Positions 18,985 to 33,970 of a stretch of 64,000 nucleotides of DNA are shown piece by piece. Position 1 is the stretch's first letter. Each line of letters opens with the position of its first letter. Under the pieces are notes generated by a model. It made no database searches. It was not told the origin of the DNA and saw nothing but the letters and a program-made list of their open reading frames with translations. Source of the stretch: Deltaproteobacteria bacterium (GTDB taxonomy: Bacteria > Myxococcota_A > UBA9160 > SMWR01); NCBI GenBank assembly GCA_032128115.1, contig JAQBHB010000078.1, forward strand, positions 45,935 through 109,934, read 5' to 3'. The position numbers were made by a program, and so were the translations under genes.

Positions 18985-19542
18985 TCAATCGTTCGCGAGA
19001 CCCAGCTCCTCGAGTGCGCGCACGAGATCCGGGCCGTGACTCGCAGGCTCCACGTCCTTGTCGATGCGGCGGACCACGCCATCGCCGTCGATGAAGAAGG
19101 TCCACCTCATCGTGTACTTGCCGTTCGGCGCCAGCACACCGTAGGCCCGGGCAGTGTCCACATCGGCGGTGAGCAGCGGAAACGCCGCACCGATCGACGC
19201 CGCAAACTCCCGATTCCGCTCGGGCGGATCCAGACTCAGCATGAAATAGGCCGCGCCGGTGGCGGCAAGCGGCTTCTCGCTGTCCCGCAGCGAGGTGAGC
19301 TCGGCCGTTCAGCCCGGGGTAAAGGCCTTCGGAAAGAAGGCCAGCACGATGCCACGGCTTCCGCCCTGGTTCAGCAGGTCGGCGAGCCGGTAGCGGCGCC
19401 CATCGGAACCGGCCAGGGAGAAGGCGGGGGCCCGGTCTCCAACGGCCAGTTCCGCCGTTGCCGCCGCCGTTGCCGCCGCCATTGCCGGCGACGCCAGCGC
19501 GAACACGAGCGACGCCGCCCACAGGGTTCGCAGGGTTTTCAT
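18985..19542 (-). CDS. Exported peroxiredoxin (BCP/PrxQ-like) selenoprotein; Sec codon at 19309-19311
   Basis: ORFs 19309..19548 and 18985..19242 share a frame; FFPKAFTPG-TGA-TAE places TGA at the peroxidatic Cys of PxxxTxxC; R.TFFIDGDG.V; signal peptide; SECIS-like hairpin. Confidence 0.85.
19276..19294 (-). promoter_or_regulatory. Bacterial SECIS-like hairpin
   Basis: CUCGCUG-CGGGA-CAGCGAG: perfect 7-bp stem, loop G at position 2, loop 21 nt after UGA. Confidence 0.7.
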
Positions 19543-19550
19543 CGACATCC

Positions 19551-19573
19551 ATTATACCCGCCTGGGTTATGAT
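19551..19573. promoter_or_regulatory. Back-to-back sigma70-like -10 elements
   Basis: TATAAT on - strand (19556-19551), 8 nt before ATG 19542 (leaderless-like); TATGAT on + strand (19568-19573) before the SDR RBS. Confidence 0.5.
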
Positions 19574-19597
19574 GCCCGCGCCATCCAGGAGGAAGCC

Positions 19598-20455
19598 ATG
19601 AGCGATTCCCAGCGTCTCTCGGATCCCAAGCCTCTTTTGAACAAGACGGCTCTTTTGAACAAGACGGCCGTGGTGACCGGCGCGTCCAGCGGCATCGGAC
19701 GCGCCATCGGCGAAACACTCGGCGCCGCCGGCGCGCACGTCTACCTGACCGGGCGCACCCAGGCGAGCCTTGCGGCCTCAGCCAAGACCATCGGCGAGAG
19801 CGGCGGCGAAGCGAGCTTCGAGGCCTTCGATGTGCGCGAGAGCGGCAGACTGGAAGACTTCATCCAGCGCGCCCAGCGCGAAACCGGTGGCCTGCATGTG
19901 ATGGTGAACAACGCCGGCCTCTCCCACCCGGGCAACATCGTCGACGGCAACCCGGCGCACTGGAGCGAAATGCTCGACGTGAACGTGCTCGCCCTGCTGG
20001 TGGGTACGCGCGCCGCCATCCGAGCCATGCGCGCCTCGAACTCCTCGGGCCACGTGGTGAACGTCTCGTCCATTGCCGGAAGCCTGGAGGGACGCGGCGT
20101 GTACGGCGCGACCAAGGCCGCCGTCGACAATCTGGCCAGCAGCCTCTACCAGGAGCTGGGCGATGATCCCATCCGGATCGTGAACATCCGCCCGGGCGCC
20201 GTGGCTACGAGCTTCGCTCGCAATTACGACCCGGCGTTCGTGAAGGGAGTGGCGAAGAGCATGGGCCTCGACGTCGACGTGAAGCCGGGCGAGCAGTGGC
20301 CCGACGAGCTGGTGACCAGGGTGGAGGCGGCGGCCCGCAAGACCTTCGTCGCTGCCGGCGACGTGGCACAGGCGGTGCTGTTCGCGGTGACGCAACCGAT
20401 CCACGTGGACATCGCCGACATCAAGATCCGCCCGGCAAAGCCCCTCTCGTTCTAG
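19598..20455 (+). CDS. Short-chain dehydrogenase/reductase
   Basis: TGASSGIG, NNAG, YGATK; AGGAGG RBS. Confidence 0.92.
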   Translation: MSDSQRLSDPKPLLNKTALLNKTAVVTGASSGIGRAIGETLGAAGAHVYLTGRTQASLAASAKTIGESGGEASFEAFDVRESGRLEDFIQRAQRETGGLHVMVNNAGLSHPGNIVDGNPAHWSEMLDVNVLALLVGTRAAIRAMRASNSSGHVVNVSSIAGSLEGRGVYGATKAAVDNLASSLYQELGDDPIRIVNIRPGAVATSFARNYDPAFVKGVAKSMGLDVDVKPGEQWPDELVTRVEAAARKTFVAAGDVAQAVLFAVTQPIHVDIADIKIRPAKPLSF

Positions 20456-20506
20456 CCCCTCCGAGAGCCGGCACGCGTGCTTCCGGGGATTGCGAAGGCC
20501 TGATCC

Positions 20507-21058
20507 GTGGCGAATCCCGACTCGAGCGAGCGACGCATCCGGCTCGGCGTGTCGTCATGCCTGCTGGGCGAGAAGGTGCGCTACGACGGAGGGCACAAGC
20601 GCGATCGCTTCTTGAGCGACGGCTTCTTGAGCGACGAGTTGGGCGCCCTCATCGAGTGGGTGCCCGTGTGTCCCGAAGTCGAAGCGGGGATGGGAGTTCC
20701 GCGCCCACCCGTGCGCCTGGTTCGCCGCGGAAACTCGGTGGCGATGCTCGAGGTGGAATCTGGGCGCGACCACACCCGGACCCTCAAGCGGTTCGCCCTG
20801 CGGCGGGTGCGTGAGCTTCGGGCCCTCGACCTGTGCGGCTACGTCCTGAAGAGCGACTCTCCCAGCTGCGGATTCGAGGGTGTAAAGGTCCATGACGAGA
20901 AGGGAGAGTTCCGGCGCGAGGGGGTGGGACTCTACGCTGCGGCCCTTCGGGAGGTCTACCCGCACCTGCCCGTCGAGGACGAGGGGCGTCTTCACGATCC
21001 GGCCGTGCGCGAGAACTTCGTCGCGCGAATCCTCGCCTACCGCGAGCTGCGGGACTAG
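20507..21058 (+). CDS. DUF523 (2-thiouracil desulfidase TudS-like) protein, without DUF1722
   Basis: GVSSCLLGEKVRYDGGH, VCPEVEAGMGVPR, LKSDSPSCG. Confidence 0.85.
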   Translation: MANPDSSERRIRLGVSSCLLGEKVRYDGGHKRDRFLSDGFLSDELGALIEWVPVCPEVEAGMGVPRPPVRLVRRGNSVAMLEVESGRDHTRTLKRFALRRVRELRALDLCGYVLKSDSPSCGFEGVKVHDEKGEFRREGVGLYAAALREVYPHLPVEDEGRLHDPAVRENFVARILAYRELRD

Positions 21059-21699
21059 CGGCAGAGGGACTCGCAGGGCACGCCGTCCCCATCGCCGTCG
21101 AGGCTCGCGAGGCCGCACTCGCGGTGGAAGAAGCGCGCCTCCTCACAGCTGGTCATCTCGCCACAGGTTCGTTTGTCCCGGCAGCGCGGGTCGGTCGAGG
21201 TGGATCGTGGCGTGCCTTTGCGCCGGTCTCGTCGCCACACCCAGGGCGCGTCGCGTTGCTCCTCGGGCAGCGACCAGAGTCCGGCCCGGTTGGCGCGGGC
21301 CTCTTCTTCCAGATCGATGATGTCCGTTGAGCGCGCATAGCGAGTGTAGGCCCAGGCGTATCCCTGGCGCACCATCTCGGAGTTCACGTGCACGCCATCC
21401 GCGTATACCTCGCCCACGCTGCGGCCGTAATCGTCGCTGTCGATCACCCGGACCGTCACCGTCCGGCCATAGGCGAGATCCGACAGCGCCTGCTTCGAAC
21501 GACTTCCAAAGGGCTGCGCGCGTTCGGGCGCATCGATCTGCGCGAGCCGGATCTTTCGCGTCTCACTCCCCACGAGCAGCGTCAGGGTATCGCCGTCGGT
21601 GACGCCGACCACGCGACCTTCCAGCGTCTCGCCGAGCGACGGCACCGCGCCCATCGAGCAGGCGAGCCCGAATGTGATGACCCACGCGGTGCGCCTCAC
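21055..21699 (-). CDS. Exported thermonuclease (SNase) with C-terminal Excalibur Ca-binding domain
   Basis: DGDT, IRLAQIDAPE, DDYGR; C.EMTSCEEA...LDGDGDGVPCE.LC; GTGA overlap start. Confidence 0.9.
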   Translation of the reverse strand: MRRTAWVITFGLACSMGAVPSLGETLEGRVVGVTDGDTLTLLVGSETRKIRLAQIDAPERAQPFGSRSKQALSDLAYGRTVTVRVIDSDDYGRSVGEVYADGVHVNSEMVRQGYAWAYTRYARSTDIIDLEEEARANRAGLWSLPEEQRDAPWVWRRDRRKGTPRSTSTDPRCRDKRTCGEMTSCEEARFFHRECGLASLDGDGDGVPCESLCR

Positions 21700-22187
21700 C
21701 ACAGGCTCAATTGCCGAACCCGCTCGTCTACCGCTAGCGGCAATGAGCGCAGCCATTCGACGTAGTCGGCGGGCAGACCGTGGTAGCGCGCACCGGTGAG
21801 GAGCAGGCCCAGATAGCGGCGCGAGGGCTTGCGACCCGGCTGGCCGTGGGCGGAGTGGTACGTGAACGCTGGTAGCAATCCTGCCTCGGTCGTCACCTTC
21901 ACGGGCAGCCGGATGTAGCTACCGCGCGGGACGCCCTCGGTGCGATCCAGGTGATTGCACGCGGCCGCATCGAGCCGGTACGCCACACCCCAGATCCGCG
22001 CGCCCTCCTTCGGGCGCACGTTCGCCACCCCTCGCTCCCCGGGGCCCACCGGCAGGTCGAAGCAGAGTTCGAAGGCATCCAGCCGACCCGCCCGAGCCTC
22101 CTGCGGGCGCATCCCGCGACGCCCGAGAAACGTGCCCGGGTCCAGGTTGCTGCCGTACGCGAAGTACCAGAGGTCGGCGGCATCCAC
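21696..22187 (-). CDS. Gamma-glutamylcyclotransferase family protein
   Basis: YFAYGSNL, LDRTEG, PSRRY...GA..HGLP..Y. Confidence 0.85.
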   Translation of the reverse strand: MDAADLWYFAYGSNLDPGTFLGRRGMRPQEARAGRLDAFELCFDLPVGPGERGVANVRPKEGARIWGVAYRLDAAACNHLDRTEGVPRGSYIRLPVKVTTEAGLLPAFTYHSAHGQPGRKPSRRYLGLLLTGARYHGLPADYVEWLRSLPLAVDERVRQLSLW

Positions 22188-22423
22188 GCTGGCAGTCTAT
22201 CCCTGCAGAAGACGAGGCCCCTCAACCAGCGGCAACACGACGGCAGGTCGGGCCGTTGGAACCTCACGGCTGCGTCGTCCGAAGGCCCTGGCTCTCCAGA
22301 AGGCCGGGAGGGGCCACCCCTCTTGTCATGGGATCCCCGTGGGGGCCTCCAGTGTGAATCCCGCTCGGGTGCGGCCACGCCTGGGTCGATAAGGGTGTGT
22401 CGTAACTCACCCAGAGACCTCTC

Positions 22424-25400
22424 ATGGCCCCTCCCACCCACAGATCCCGCCGCCGCGCCCTGTTCGAGACGCTGGAAGAGCGTGTCCTGTACTCGGCCGA
22501 CCCGATCCCGCTGATGGATCCGGGGCTGGCGGAGAGTGCCGATCCGTACCCCGAGGCCCCTTACAGCGATGTGCTGGATCGCGAGACGGCAGTGGCCCTC
22601 GAGATCGCGGTGGTGCGTCGCGAAGTGGTGTTCGTGGACACCGGCACCGAGGGCTACCAGGATCTGGTCGATGACTTGTACGACTCCGATTCCCAGGCGC
22701 GCTCGCTGCAGGTGGTGCTTCTGGATGCGGAACGCGACGGCATCGCCCAGATCACCGAAGCCCTCCAGGCTTTCCACGACCTGGACGCGATCCACATCGT
22801 CTCCCACGGCTCCCCCGGCTCGCTGACGCTGGGTAGCTCCCAACTCGACGCCGACAACCTGGAGAGCCACGCCAGCGCCGTCGCCAGCTGGGGCGACGCC
22901 CTGGCGGGCAACGCAGACCTGGTGATCTACGGCTGCGACCTTGCGGCAAGCGCGGCAGGGCAGGATTTCGTGGAAGCGCTGGCAGAACTCACCGGCGCGG
23001 ACGTGGCGGCCAGCACCGACCCCACCGGAAGCGCCCTGCTCGGTGGCGACTGGGAGCTCGAGTTCCGGATCGGCGCGATCGAGGCCGCGGGCGCCTTCAG
23101 CGAGGAGCTGCAGGCCAACTGGGACCAGGTGCTGCCCACTACCTCGATCCTGTCCGCCAGCACCGTCGACGTCGATCTGGACGGCATGATCGACCACATC
23201 AAGATCGAGACCGACGGCAAGCTCAACGACAACTTCAACAACCTGCAGATCGACGTCGCCGGCTACACCGTGAACGGCTACGTCACCAGCCTGGGCAATC
23301 AGGGTCAGAAGGACGAATTCTTCTACCTCGCGGTCGCAGAGTCGGCGGGAACCGGCGACACCCCCCAGATCACGGTGATCGACAGCGGGGATCTCAAATC
23401 CGGGAAAGATTCCCTCGAGGTCGGCGTCAAGCTCGCCGCCGTGGACGGAGCCGCGCCCGTCATCCTGTCGCTCGGAACCGCCGACCTGGACAGCGATGGC
23501 TTCATCGACGCCATCAAGGTGACCTTCTCGGAGAAGATCGATGACGCGAGCATCCAGATCAGCGAATGGGACGTCGCCGGAGTCGGTGGGGAGAATTTCG
23601 ACCCCAAGGCGGGTGGCGACCAGGCGGACAACAATTTCATCTACCTCGGATTCGACGACGGCATCTACGATACAGCCGCCACTCCCGACGTCACCTACGG
23701 CTCCTCGGGCGACACGATCGGAAACGCTTCCCTGGGCTGGTGGGACGCCGCCTGGCGGGACCGCATCCAGATCCGATTCGAGAGCGGCGTCAAGACCGAC
23801 CTGACCGACTTCCCCATGCTGGTGACGCTCGACGCCAGCAACATCGACTTCGCGAAGATCAAACCCAATGGCGACGACGTTCGATTCATCGACTCCGTCA
23901 CCGGAAACAGGCTCGAGTACGAAATCGAGCAATGGGACGACGCGACCGAAACCGCCACCCTCTGGGTGCGCGTCCCCCAGGTGGACGGCGACAGCGACGC
24001 CGACCGCGTCTGGCTCTACTACAACAACCCGGACGCCAGCTACGAGCAGACGCTCGCCGACGAGGAAGCGGTCTGGAGCAGCTTCCACACGGTGCTGCAC
24101 CTGGACGACGATCCGGGGCCGGGAGGCACCGGTGACATCCTGGATTCCAGCGCATCCCACAATCACGGCACCGCCGTGGCCTCCATGGGTCCGGAAGACC
24201 TGATCAACGGCCAGGTCGGCAAGGCTCTCGAATTCGACGGAATCGACGATTCCATCAGCTTCGACGCCACCGACTTCGGAGACGCCTTCACCATCGACGT
24301 CTGGGTCCAGCCGTCATCCTCGGGCTCCGGGATCCAGACCATCCTCGCCAACTCCCCGAGCGGGCCAGAGAGCGACGGATTCCGGCTCTACCTCACCAGC
24401 GATGGCAGCATCATCTTCGAAACCGGCAACGGCCTGACGAGCAATTCCGCCACCAGCAACGTCGGCGTCATCAACCAGAACCAGTGGAATCACATCACGG
24501 TGAAGGTCGACCGGCTCCTCGGCAAGGCCAACATCTACCACGGCGGCACGAACGTCACGTTCGATGACCTCATCCTCAGCGACTTCGCAGTCGACAGCGA
24601 CTGGAAGCTCGGCACGACGACCAGCCAGGACTTCTCCTTCCAAGGCGCCATCGACGAGCTCCAGATCTCGAAATCCATTCGAGTCAATGACGCCGATTGG
24701 AACGCGGCGCACCACCTGTCCACGACGGGCGCGTTGGTGGACATTGTCGATGCCCAGGCGATCGTGGCCACGGCAGACACCGCCGCGCCGGTCCTGCTGT
24801 CTGCCGAAACCCTGGACCAAAACCATGGTGACAGTATCGACGCCCTGCGTCTGACCTTCTCCGAGGCCATCGACGACGCCTCGGTCGACATCAACGACTT
24901 CAACATCTCCCTGGTCTCGAACCTGGCCTTCGCGCCCCTGACCTTCGGCGACGTGGCCGACAACGACCAGATCTACCTCACCTTCGACGACGGCCTCCTC
25001 CACACGGGTGTGACGCCGAGCGTCGAATACGTACAGGGAACCCTGCAGGATCGGGCCGCCAACCCGATGGCGGACGTGGCGCCCTTCGTCTCCACCGACA
25101 AGGCGGCCCCGGTGCTGCTGGGCGCGGGCACCTCGGACCTCGGGGCCCCCGGCCTGTTCAATGCCGTGGGCGACCAGCTCCGCCTCATCTTCTCCGAGAC
25201 CATCGTGGCCGCACCCAGCGAGTTCGACTCGGAATTCAACTTCCAGTTCGGCGGGACGGTGACCGACGGCGACAACTTCGCCACCGAGATCGGCGGCGAC
25301 CTCGCCATCGACCTGATTACCTCCGGCGTCGCCCCCAACGACACGATCCGCTACACCATGACGCCCGGCGACACTCCGAACGTCGACGTCGTCAACCTGG

Positions 25401-28400
25401 GTGGCACCACCATCGTGGTAAACCCCACGGGCATCGTGCCCGACTCCATCGAGGACCTGGCGGGCAATGATCTGATCGCGGGCACGGTGGTGGGCACGCT
25501 CGGCGACCTGGATCCCGCCCCCAACCTGGTCGCCGAGAACGCAGCGAACGACACCGTCGTGGGCATCACGGCATTCGCCAGCGACCCGAATGATCTGGTG
25601 GGATATTTCCTGGACGTCGACGCCGGGGGACGCTTCAAAATCGATCCCCTCACCGGTGTGGTGACCGTGGCCAACGGCAGCCTCCTCGACTTCGAGATGA
25701 ACGAGAGCCACTCGATCACGGTTCGCGCCCAGAGCGCGGACACCAGCAGCACGACTCGCAGCTTCGAGATCCAGCTCACAGACGTGAATGAATACTCCAT
25801 CACACCGGTCGGCGATACCGACAACGCGTCCAACCAGGTGGTGGAAAGCGCCGCCACGGGCACCTACGTAGGAATCACGGCTGCCGCGATTGACGGCGAC
25901 TCCAGCGACACCGTCACCTACTCGCTGGACGACGACGCCGGGGGTCGCTTCCGGATCGATCCGGCCACGGGTGCGGTATCCGTCGCCAACGGCGCGCTGA
26001 TCGACTTCGAAACGGACCTGAGCCACGACATCACCGTCCGCGCCACCAGTTCCGACACCTCGTCCAACACGGCGGTGATCAGCATCGGCGTGGTCAATGG
26101 CAACGACTTCTCCATCGGGCCCGTCACCGACAGCGACGCCGCTCCCAACGAGGTGATCGAGAACGCAGCATCCGGCACCCTCGTCGGGGTCACGGCGCTC
26201 GCCAGCGATGGCGATGACGGCGTTTCCTACTCGCTCGACGACGACGCCGGCGGCCGCTTCGAGATCGATCCCGTAACCGGCGTCGTGCGCGTGGCCAACG
26301 GAAGTCTTCTCGCCGCCGAAACCGCCACCAATCACAGTATCGTCGCCCGGGCGACCAGCGATGACGGTTCCTGGACCGCCAGGGCCATCAGCATCAACGT
26401 GATCGACGTCGACGAACTACCCGTGGCGAATGCCGGGGGGCCCTACAACATCACCGAAGGCGATCCTGTCACCCTGAACGCGTCGGCGTCGACCGATCCG
26501 GAGGGTGTTGCGCTCAGCTACCGCTGGGACATCGACAACGATCTCGACTACGACGAGAACGTCACCGGGGTGTCCCCCACGCTCACCTGGGCACAGCTAC
26601 AGGCCCTGGGGATCAAGGACGACGGCGCGTACACGATCACCGCGGAAGTCGACGATGGGCTCGGCGTCGATACCCAGTCCACAACCCTCAACGTCGCCAA
26701 CACCCACCCGACCCTGACGACCTCGGGAAGCGGGGTCGTCGGCGCTGGCGCTCTGTATACGCTGAATCTCAGCGCCAGCGATCCCGGAGACGACACGATC
26801 ACGTCCTGGACCATCAACTGGGGCGATGGCTCGATCGAAACGATCGCCGGGAACCCCTCCTCCGTCACCCATACCTACATCGGTCCAGGCTTCACGTACA
26901 ACATCCTGGCGTCCGCTACGGACGAGGATGGAACCTACCTGCAGAACGACCTGGTGATCCCGAGCTTCGACGGAGACAGCATCTTCCGCTTCGAAGCCAC
27001 CACCGGGAAGCTCCTGCAGGAATTCGCCACGGCCGACGGATTGGACGACCCGATTTCGGCGATCGTCGGACCAGACGGGCGCCTCTACGTCACCGGCGAG
27101 CGGTCAGACGACGTCCAGGTCTACGACACGGCAACGGGTGCCTTCATCACGACCTTCGTCTCCGACCCCGTACTGGATTCTCCGAGCGGCCTCGCTTTCG
27201 GTCCCGATGGCAACCTGTACGTGGCGAACAACGGCACGGACGAAGTGCGACGGTACGACGGAGCCACGGGCAACCTGATCGACGTCTTCGTGGCCTCCAG
27301 TGACACACCGATGAATCCCCACGGTCTCACGTTCGGTCCCGACGGAGACCTCTACGTCAGCGGCTACACAGACGACGAGGTCCTCCGCTACGACGGAACC
27401 ACGGGGACTCCGATGGGCGTGTTCGTCAGCGCCGGCAGCGGCGGCCTGACGGCACCGGAGCAAATGACATTCGGGCCGGACGGAAACCTGTACATCGCCA
27501 GCCGTCAGGGCGGGACCAACGTGCTCCGCTACGACGGAACCGATGGCTCGTTCATGGACGAGTTCGTCGCGACCGGCGGCAGCGCGGACCTGGACAAGCC
27601 GACGGGGCTCGCGTTCGGACCGGACGGGCACCTCTACGTGGGGGACTGGAACGACGGCGCCGTCCTCCGCTACGACGGGAGTGACGGCAGCTTCATCGAC
27701 GAGTACGTAGCCGCGGGGAGCGGAGGTCTAACCAAGCCGGCGTTCCTGACGTTCATCCCGGGACATCAGGTCACGGTCACCGCCAACACAATCCCGAACG
27801 TGTCCGATCAGAGCTTCAACGTCGCGGAGAATTCCATCGATACGACGCTGGTCGGAACGGTAGCCGCCAGCGATTCCGACGTGGGGCAGACGCTCGGCTA
27901 CGCCATCGTCGCCGGCGACCTCACCGGCATCTTCGCGATCGACTCGAGCGGGATCATCACCGTTGCGGACGGCTCGCAGCTGAACCGCGAGGCGACCGCG
28001 CAGTACAGCCTCACCGTGGAAGTCTCCGACAACGGGACACCGATCCTCTCGAACACGGCGACCATCACGATCGACGTCGGCGACGTGGACGAATTCGACA
28101 TCGGCTCGCTCAGTGACAACGACGCCGCCCCCAATGAGGTGGTCGAGAACGCCCCAGACGACACGGTGGTGGGCATCACCGCCCTGGCCAGCGATGCTGA
28201 CGCCACCGACACCACCATCTATGTGCTGGACGACGATGCGGGGGGCCGCTTCAAGATCGATCCGATCTCCGGCGTGGTCAGCGTGGCGAACGGCAGTCTC
28301 TTGAACTACGAGGCCTCCACCAGCCACGACATCATCATCCGGGCCACCAGCACGGATCTCTCCACCACGACCCTGGGGATGACCATCAACCTGGTCGACC

Positions 28401-31282
28401 AGGACGAATTCAACATCGGGCCCCTGAGCGACGACAACGCGGCCCCGAACCAGGTGATGGAGAATGCCAGCAACGACACCATCGTAGGGATCACGGCCCT
28501 GGCCGAGGATCTCGACGGCTCGGACACCGTCACCTACACCCTCGACAACGACGCCGGCGGCCGCTTCAAGGTCGACCCGAACTCCGGAGTGGTGACGGTT
28601 GCCAACGGCACGCTCCTGAACCGGGAGGCAGCTGCCAGCCACAACATCACGGTACGTGCCACCAGCACCGATATCTCGAGCGTCACCCAGGTGATGACCA
28701 TCAACCTGCTCGACCAGGACGAGTTCGATATCGGGCCCCTGAGCGACAACAATGCGGCGGCCAACGAGGTGCTGGAAGGCGCTGCCAACGACACGGTGGT
28801 GGGAGTCACTGCACTGGCCGCCGACCCGGACGCCACCGACGACATCAGCTACAGCCTGGACGTCGACGCCGGCGGACGCTTCAAGATCGACCCGATTTCG
28901 GGCGTGGTGAGCGTGGCCAACGGCACGCTTCTCAATTACGAAGCAGCCACCAGCCACGACATCAGCGTGCGCGCCACCAGCGACGACGCGTCGTCAACCA
29001 CAGCGGTGATGACGATCAACGTCCTCGATGCCAACGAGTTCTCCATCTCGCCGGTGAGCGATCAGGACGCCGCGCCTGACATGGTGTTCGAATCCGACCC
29101 CAATGGAACCCCGGTGGGAATCACGGCCTTCGCCACGGACGGCGATGGCACCGATGGCGTCACCTACAGTCTTTCCGACGATGCGGGGGGACGCTTTGCG
29201 ATCCACCCGACCACGGGTGTCGTCACGATCGCGGATACGGGCCTTCTGGATTACGAGACCGTCGTGCTTGGCTACACGATCCAGGTCCAGGCCACGAGTG
29301 ACGACGGAAGCGCGACGAACCGGAACTTCTCCATCGTGATTGGTGACGACCCGAGCGAGTTCACGATCAGCGCGATCAGCGATGACGACGGTGCTCCGAA
29401 CCAGGTGGTGGAGAACGCGGCAAACGACACCGCGGTGGGAATCACGGCGCTCGCCAGCGACAACGATGGCACGGACGACGTCACGTACACGTTGGACGAC
29501 AACGCCGGCGGACGCTTCAAGATCGACCCGACCTCGGGCGTGGTGACCGTTGCCGATGGCACGCTCCTGAACCGGGAAGCCGCCGCCAGCCACGACATCA
29601 CCGTGCGGGCCACCAGTGATGACACGTCATTCACCACCGCGCTGATGAACATCAATCTGCTGGACGCAGACGAGTTCGATACGACTGCCACCACCGACAG
29701 CGACGCTGCACCCAACCAGGTGATCGAGAACGCCACCACCGGCACGCTGGTGGGTATCACCGCCCTGGCCACCGACGCGGACATCACCGACAACATCAGC
29801 TACAGCCTGGACGACAATGCCGGTGGACGCTTCAAGATCGACCCGAATTCGGGCGTGGTGACGGTGGCCAACGGCTCGCTCCTGGACCACGAAGCCGCTG
29901 CCAGCCACGACATCACCGTGCGCGCCACGAGTGACGACACGTCTTCCGCCACCGCGGTCATGACGATTGCCATCAGCGACGACACCTCCGAATATTCGGC
30001 CTCGCCGCCCACGGATACGGATGGATCACTCAACCAGGTGGTCGAGAACGCCGGAATCGGCGACCCAGTGGGCGTGACCATCTTCTCCAGTGATGGCGAC
30101 GCCAGCGATTCCATCAGCTACAGCCTGACCGACGATGCGGGCGGACGCTTCAAGATCGACCCGATCTCGGGAGTGGTGACCGTCGCCAACGCCGCCCTGC
30201 TCGATTTCGAGGCCGCGCAGGTCCACGGCATCACCGCCCAGGCCCTGAGCGACGATGGCAGCTCGAGCCTGCTTTCCACGTCCATTGCTCTCATCGATGA
30301 CAACACCGAGTTCTCGATCACGGCGGTGAGCGACGTCGATGCCGCGATCAACGAGGTCAACGAGAACGCCGCCTACGGCACCGCGGTCGGCATCGCGGCG
30401 CTGGCAACGGATGGCGATGCGAGCGACGACGTCATCTACAGCCTGGACGACGACGCCGGTGGGCGCTTCAAGATCGACGCCACGACGGGGATCGTCGCCG
30501 TGAACGGCAGCTTCCTGCTGGATTTCGAAACCAACACCAGCCATGACATCACGGTGCGCGCTGCGAGCCCGGACGGTTCGTTCGCGACCCGGGTCATGAC
30601 CATCGCGGTCCTGGACGACCCCGCGGAGATCAACCTGATTCCCGTGCCAGATCCGGATCCGGAGCCGGACCCCGAGCCCGACCCGGAGCCGGAGCCCGAG
30701 CCGGATCCGGGTGGAGAGCCGCCGCCTGACGAGGCGCCCGACGTAGATCCTTCGGCGGGCTTCGATCCGCCCACCGAGCCCCTGGGCTTCCAAGAGCCGT
30801 CCGCGCCTCGGGTCTTCGGCCGGGCCGCCGATTCCGAGATTCCCGGGGAGAGGCTCGCGGCGGATCGGGCGCCTGACTTCGAGGCTTCCAACTCCTTCGA
30901 GCCGGGCGTCGAGCGCGAGGAACCGACCTCTCAATTCCTGCGAACGGCTTTCGGCGAGCCCACACTGGAGAGCGAGTTCCGGGAGTCCCTCGACCGGCTC
31001 CGCAACGAGATCGACGAGGAGGTCCGGGTGGCGGACTTCGAGCTGGGCATGTCGGTGCTCTCCGCCACCGGCCTGTCCGTGGGCTACGTGGTCTGGCTCC
31101 TGCGCAGCGGCGTGCTCCTGAGCAGCCTCATGTCGTCCATGCCGGCCTGGCGCCTGGTGGACCCGGTGGCAATCGTGGGCTGGGACCGCGACGACGACGA
31201 AGACGACGACTCGCTCGAGACCCTGGTCGAGAAGGGCAGCAAGGCAGTCGACGACAAGCGGAAGGCCAAGTCCCAGGCATAA
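22424..31282 (+). CDS. Giant surface adhesin (2952 aa): LEPR-XLL-like N-terminus, DUF4347, DUF2341, LamG-like, about 12 cadherin repeats, PKD, beta-propeller, Pro-rich linker, C-terminal membrane tail
   Basis: [18 protein letters not shown]...YGCDLA; DFPMLV.LD...YEIEQWD...LWVRVP; repeated DAGGRF.IDP.(T/S)G; FGPDG.LYV repeats; (PD/PE)n; [10 protein letters not shown]...PAWRLVDP. Confidence 0.9.
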   Translation: MAPPTHRSRRRALFETLEERVLYSADPIPLMDPGLAESADPYPEAPYSDVLDRETAVALEIAVVRREVVFVDTGTEGYQDLVDDLYDSDSQARSLQVVLLDAERDGIAQITEALQAFHDLDAIHIVSHGSPGSLTLGSSQLDADNLESHASAVASWGDALAGNADLVIYGCDLAASAAGQDFVEALAELTGADVAASTDPTGSALLGGDWELEFRIGAIEAAGAFSEELQANWDQVLPTTSILSASTVDVDLDGMIDHIKIETDGKLNDNFNNLQIDVAGYTVNGYVTSLGNQGQKDEFFYLAVAESAGTGDTPQITVIDSGDLKSGKDSLEVGVKLAAVDGAAPVILSLGTADLDSDGFIDAIKVTFSEKIDDASIQISEWDVAGVGGENFDPKAGGDQADNNFIYLGFDDGIYDTAATPDVTYGSSGDTIGNASLGWWDAAWRDRIQIRFESGVKTDLTDFPMLVTLDASNIDFAKIKPNGDDVRFIDSVTGNRLEYEIEQWDDATETATLWVRVPQVDGDSDADRVWLYYNNPDASYEQTLADEEAVWSSFHTVLHLDDDPGPGGTGDILDSSASHNHGTAVASMGPEDLINGQVGKALEFDGIDDSISFDATDFGDAFTIDVWVQPSSSGSGIQTILANSPSGPESDGFRLYLTSDGSIIFETGNGLTSNSATSNVGVINQNQWNHITVKVDRLLGKANIYHGGTNVTFDDLILSDFAVDSDWKLGTTTSQDFSFQGAIDELQISKSIRVNDADWNAAHHLSTTGALVDIVDAQAIVATADTAAPVLLSAETLDQNHGDSIDALRLTFSEAIDDASVDINDFNISLVSNLAFAPLTFGDVADNDQIYLTFDDGLLHTGVTPSVEYVQGTLQDRAANPMADVAPFVSTDKAAPVLLGAGTSDLGAPGLFNAVGDQLRLIFSETIVAAPSEFDSEFNFQFGGTVTDGDNFATEIGGDLAIDLITSGVAPNDTIRYTMTPGDTPNVDVVNLGGTTIVVNPTGIVPDSIEDLAGNDLIAGTVVGTLGDLDPAPNLVAENAANDTVVGITAFASDPNDLVGYFLDVDAGGRFKIDPLTGVVTVANGSLLDFEMNESHSITVRAQSADTSSTTRSFEIQLTDVNEYSITPVGDTDNASNQVVESAATGTYVGITAAAIDGDSSDTVTYSLDDDAGGRFRIDPATGAVSVANGALIDFETDLSHDITVRATSSDTSSNTAVISIGVVNGNDFSIGPVTDSDAAPNEVIENAASGTLVGVTALASDGDDGVSYSLDDDAGGRFEIDPVTGVVRVANGSLLAAETATNHSIVARATSDDGSWTARAISINVIDVDELPVANAGGPYNITEGDPVTLNASASTDPEGVALSYRWDIDNDLDYDENVTGVSPTLTWAQLQALGIKDDGAYTITAEVDDGLGVDTQSTTLNVANTHPTLTTSGSGVVGAGALYTLNLSASDPGDDTITSWTINWGDGSIETIAGNPSSVTHTYIGPGFTYNILASATDEDGTYLQNDLVIPSFDGDSIFRFEATTGKLLQEFATADGLDDPISAIVGPDGRLYVTGERSDDVQVYDTATGAFITTFVSDPVLDSPSGLAFGPDGNLYVANNGTDEVRRYDGATGNLIDVFVASSDTPMNPHGLTFGPDGDLYVSGYTDDEVLRYDGTTGTPMGVFVSAGSGGLTAPEQMTFGPDGNLYIASRQGGTNVLRYDGTDGSFMDEFVATGGSADLDKPTGLAFGPDGHLYVGDWNDGAVLRYDGSDGSFIDEYVAAGSGGLTKPAFLTFIPGHQVTVTANTIPNVSDQSFNVAENSIDTTLVGTVAASDSDVGQTLGYAIVAGDLTGIFAIDSSGIITVADGSQLNREATAQYSLTVEVSDNGTPILSNTATITIDVGDVDEFDIGSLSDNDAAPNEVVENAPDDTVVGITALASDADATDTTIYVLDDDAGGRFKIDPISGVVSVANGSLLNYEASTSHDIIIRATSTDLSTTTLGMTINLVDQDEFNIGPLSDDNAAPNQVMENASNDTIVGITALAEDLDGSDTVTYTLDNDAGGRFKVDPNSGVVTVANGTLLNREAAASHNITVRATSTDISSVTQVMTINLLDQDEFDIGPLSDNNAAANEVLEGAANDTVVGVTALAADPDATDDISYSLDVDAGGRFKIDPISGVVSVANGTLLNYEAATSHDISVRATSDDASSTTAVMTINVLDANEFSISPVSDQDAAPDMVFESDPNGTPVGITAFATDGDGTDGVTYSLSDDAGGRFAIHPTTGVVTIADTGLLDYETVVLGYTIQVQATSDDGSATNRNFSIVIGDDPSEFTISAISDDDGAPNQVVENAANDTAVGITALASDNDGTDDVTYTLDDNAGGRFKIDPTSGVVTVADGTLLNREAAASHDITVRATSDDTSFTTALMNINLLDADEFDTTATTDSDAAPNQVIENATTGTLVGITALATDADITDNISYSLDDNAGGRFKIDPNSGVVTVANGSLLDHEAAASHDITVRATSDDTSSATAVMTIAISDDTSEYSASPPTDTDGSLNQVVENAGIGDPVGVTIFSSDGDASDSISYSLTDDAGGRFKIDPISGVVTVANAALLDFEAAQVHGITAQALSDDGSSSLLSTSIALIDDNTEFSITAVSDVDAAINEVNENAAYGTAVGIAALATDGDASDDVIYSLDDDAGGRFKIDATTGIVAVNGSFLLDFETNTSHDITVRAASPDGSFATRVMTIAVLDDPAEINLIPVPDPDPEPDPEPDPEPEPEPDPGGEPPPDEAPDVDPSAGFDPPTEPLGFQEPSAPRVFGRAADSEIPGERLAADRAPDFEASNSFEPGVEREEPTSQFLRTAFGEPTLESEFRESLDRLRNEIDEEVRVADFELGMSVLSATGLSVGYVVWLLRSGVLLSSLMSSMPAWRLVDPVAIVGWDRDDDEDDDSLETLVEKGSKAVDDKRKAKSQA

Positions 31283-31344
31283 AGCCCCCAGGGCCGCCCA
31301 GAAACGACTGTAGACATGCCTGCCGGTACACCGATCAGCCTGCC

Positions 31345-33843
<2,499 letters not shown>

Positions 33844-33866
33844 GCGGCCGGACTTGCGATGCCTGC

Positions 33867-33894
33867 TCAAGACCAGGTTGCCGACACCCGATAC
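33867..33894 (+). promoter_or_regulatory. sigma28 (FliA/WhiG)-like promoter
   Basis: TCAAG-N15-CCCGATAC; same elements and spacing at 50079. Confidence 0.5.
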
Positions 33895-33970
33895 GAAATA
33901 CGGGACCGTCCGGGCCGGCGACCCTCGACGTGTACGAAGCCGGCCCTGCGGTAGGGAGATGCCGAGAAAG

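Noticed and set aside
22190..22423. c-di-GMP or other riboswitch upstream of the adhesins (also 62620-62850)
   Set aside because: No recognisable GEMM consensus by eye; an Infernal/Rfam scan would be decisive
25500..30620. Recurring DNA repeats of about 300 bp
   Set aside because: They are the diverged cadherin modules of the adhesin, not a mobile element or array
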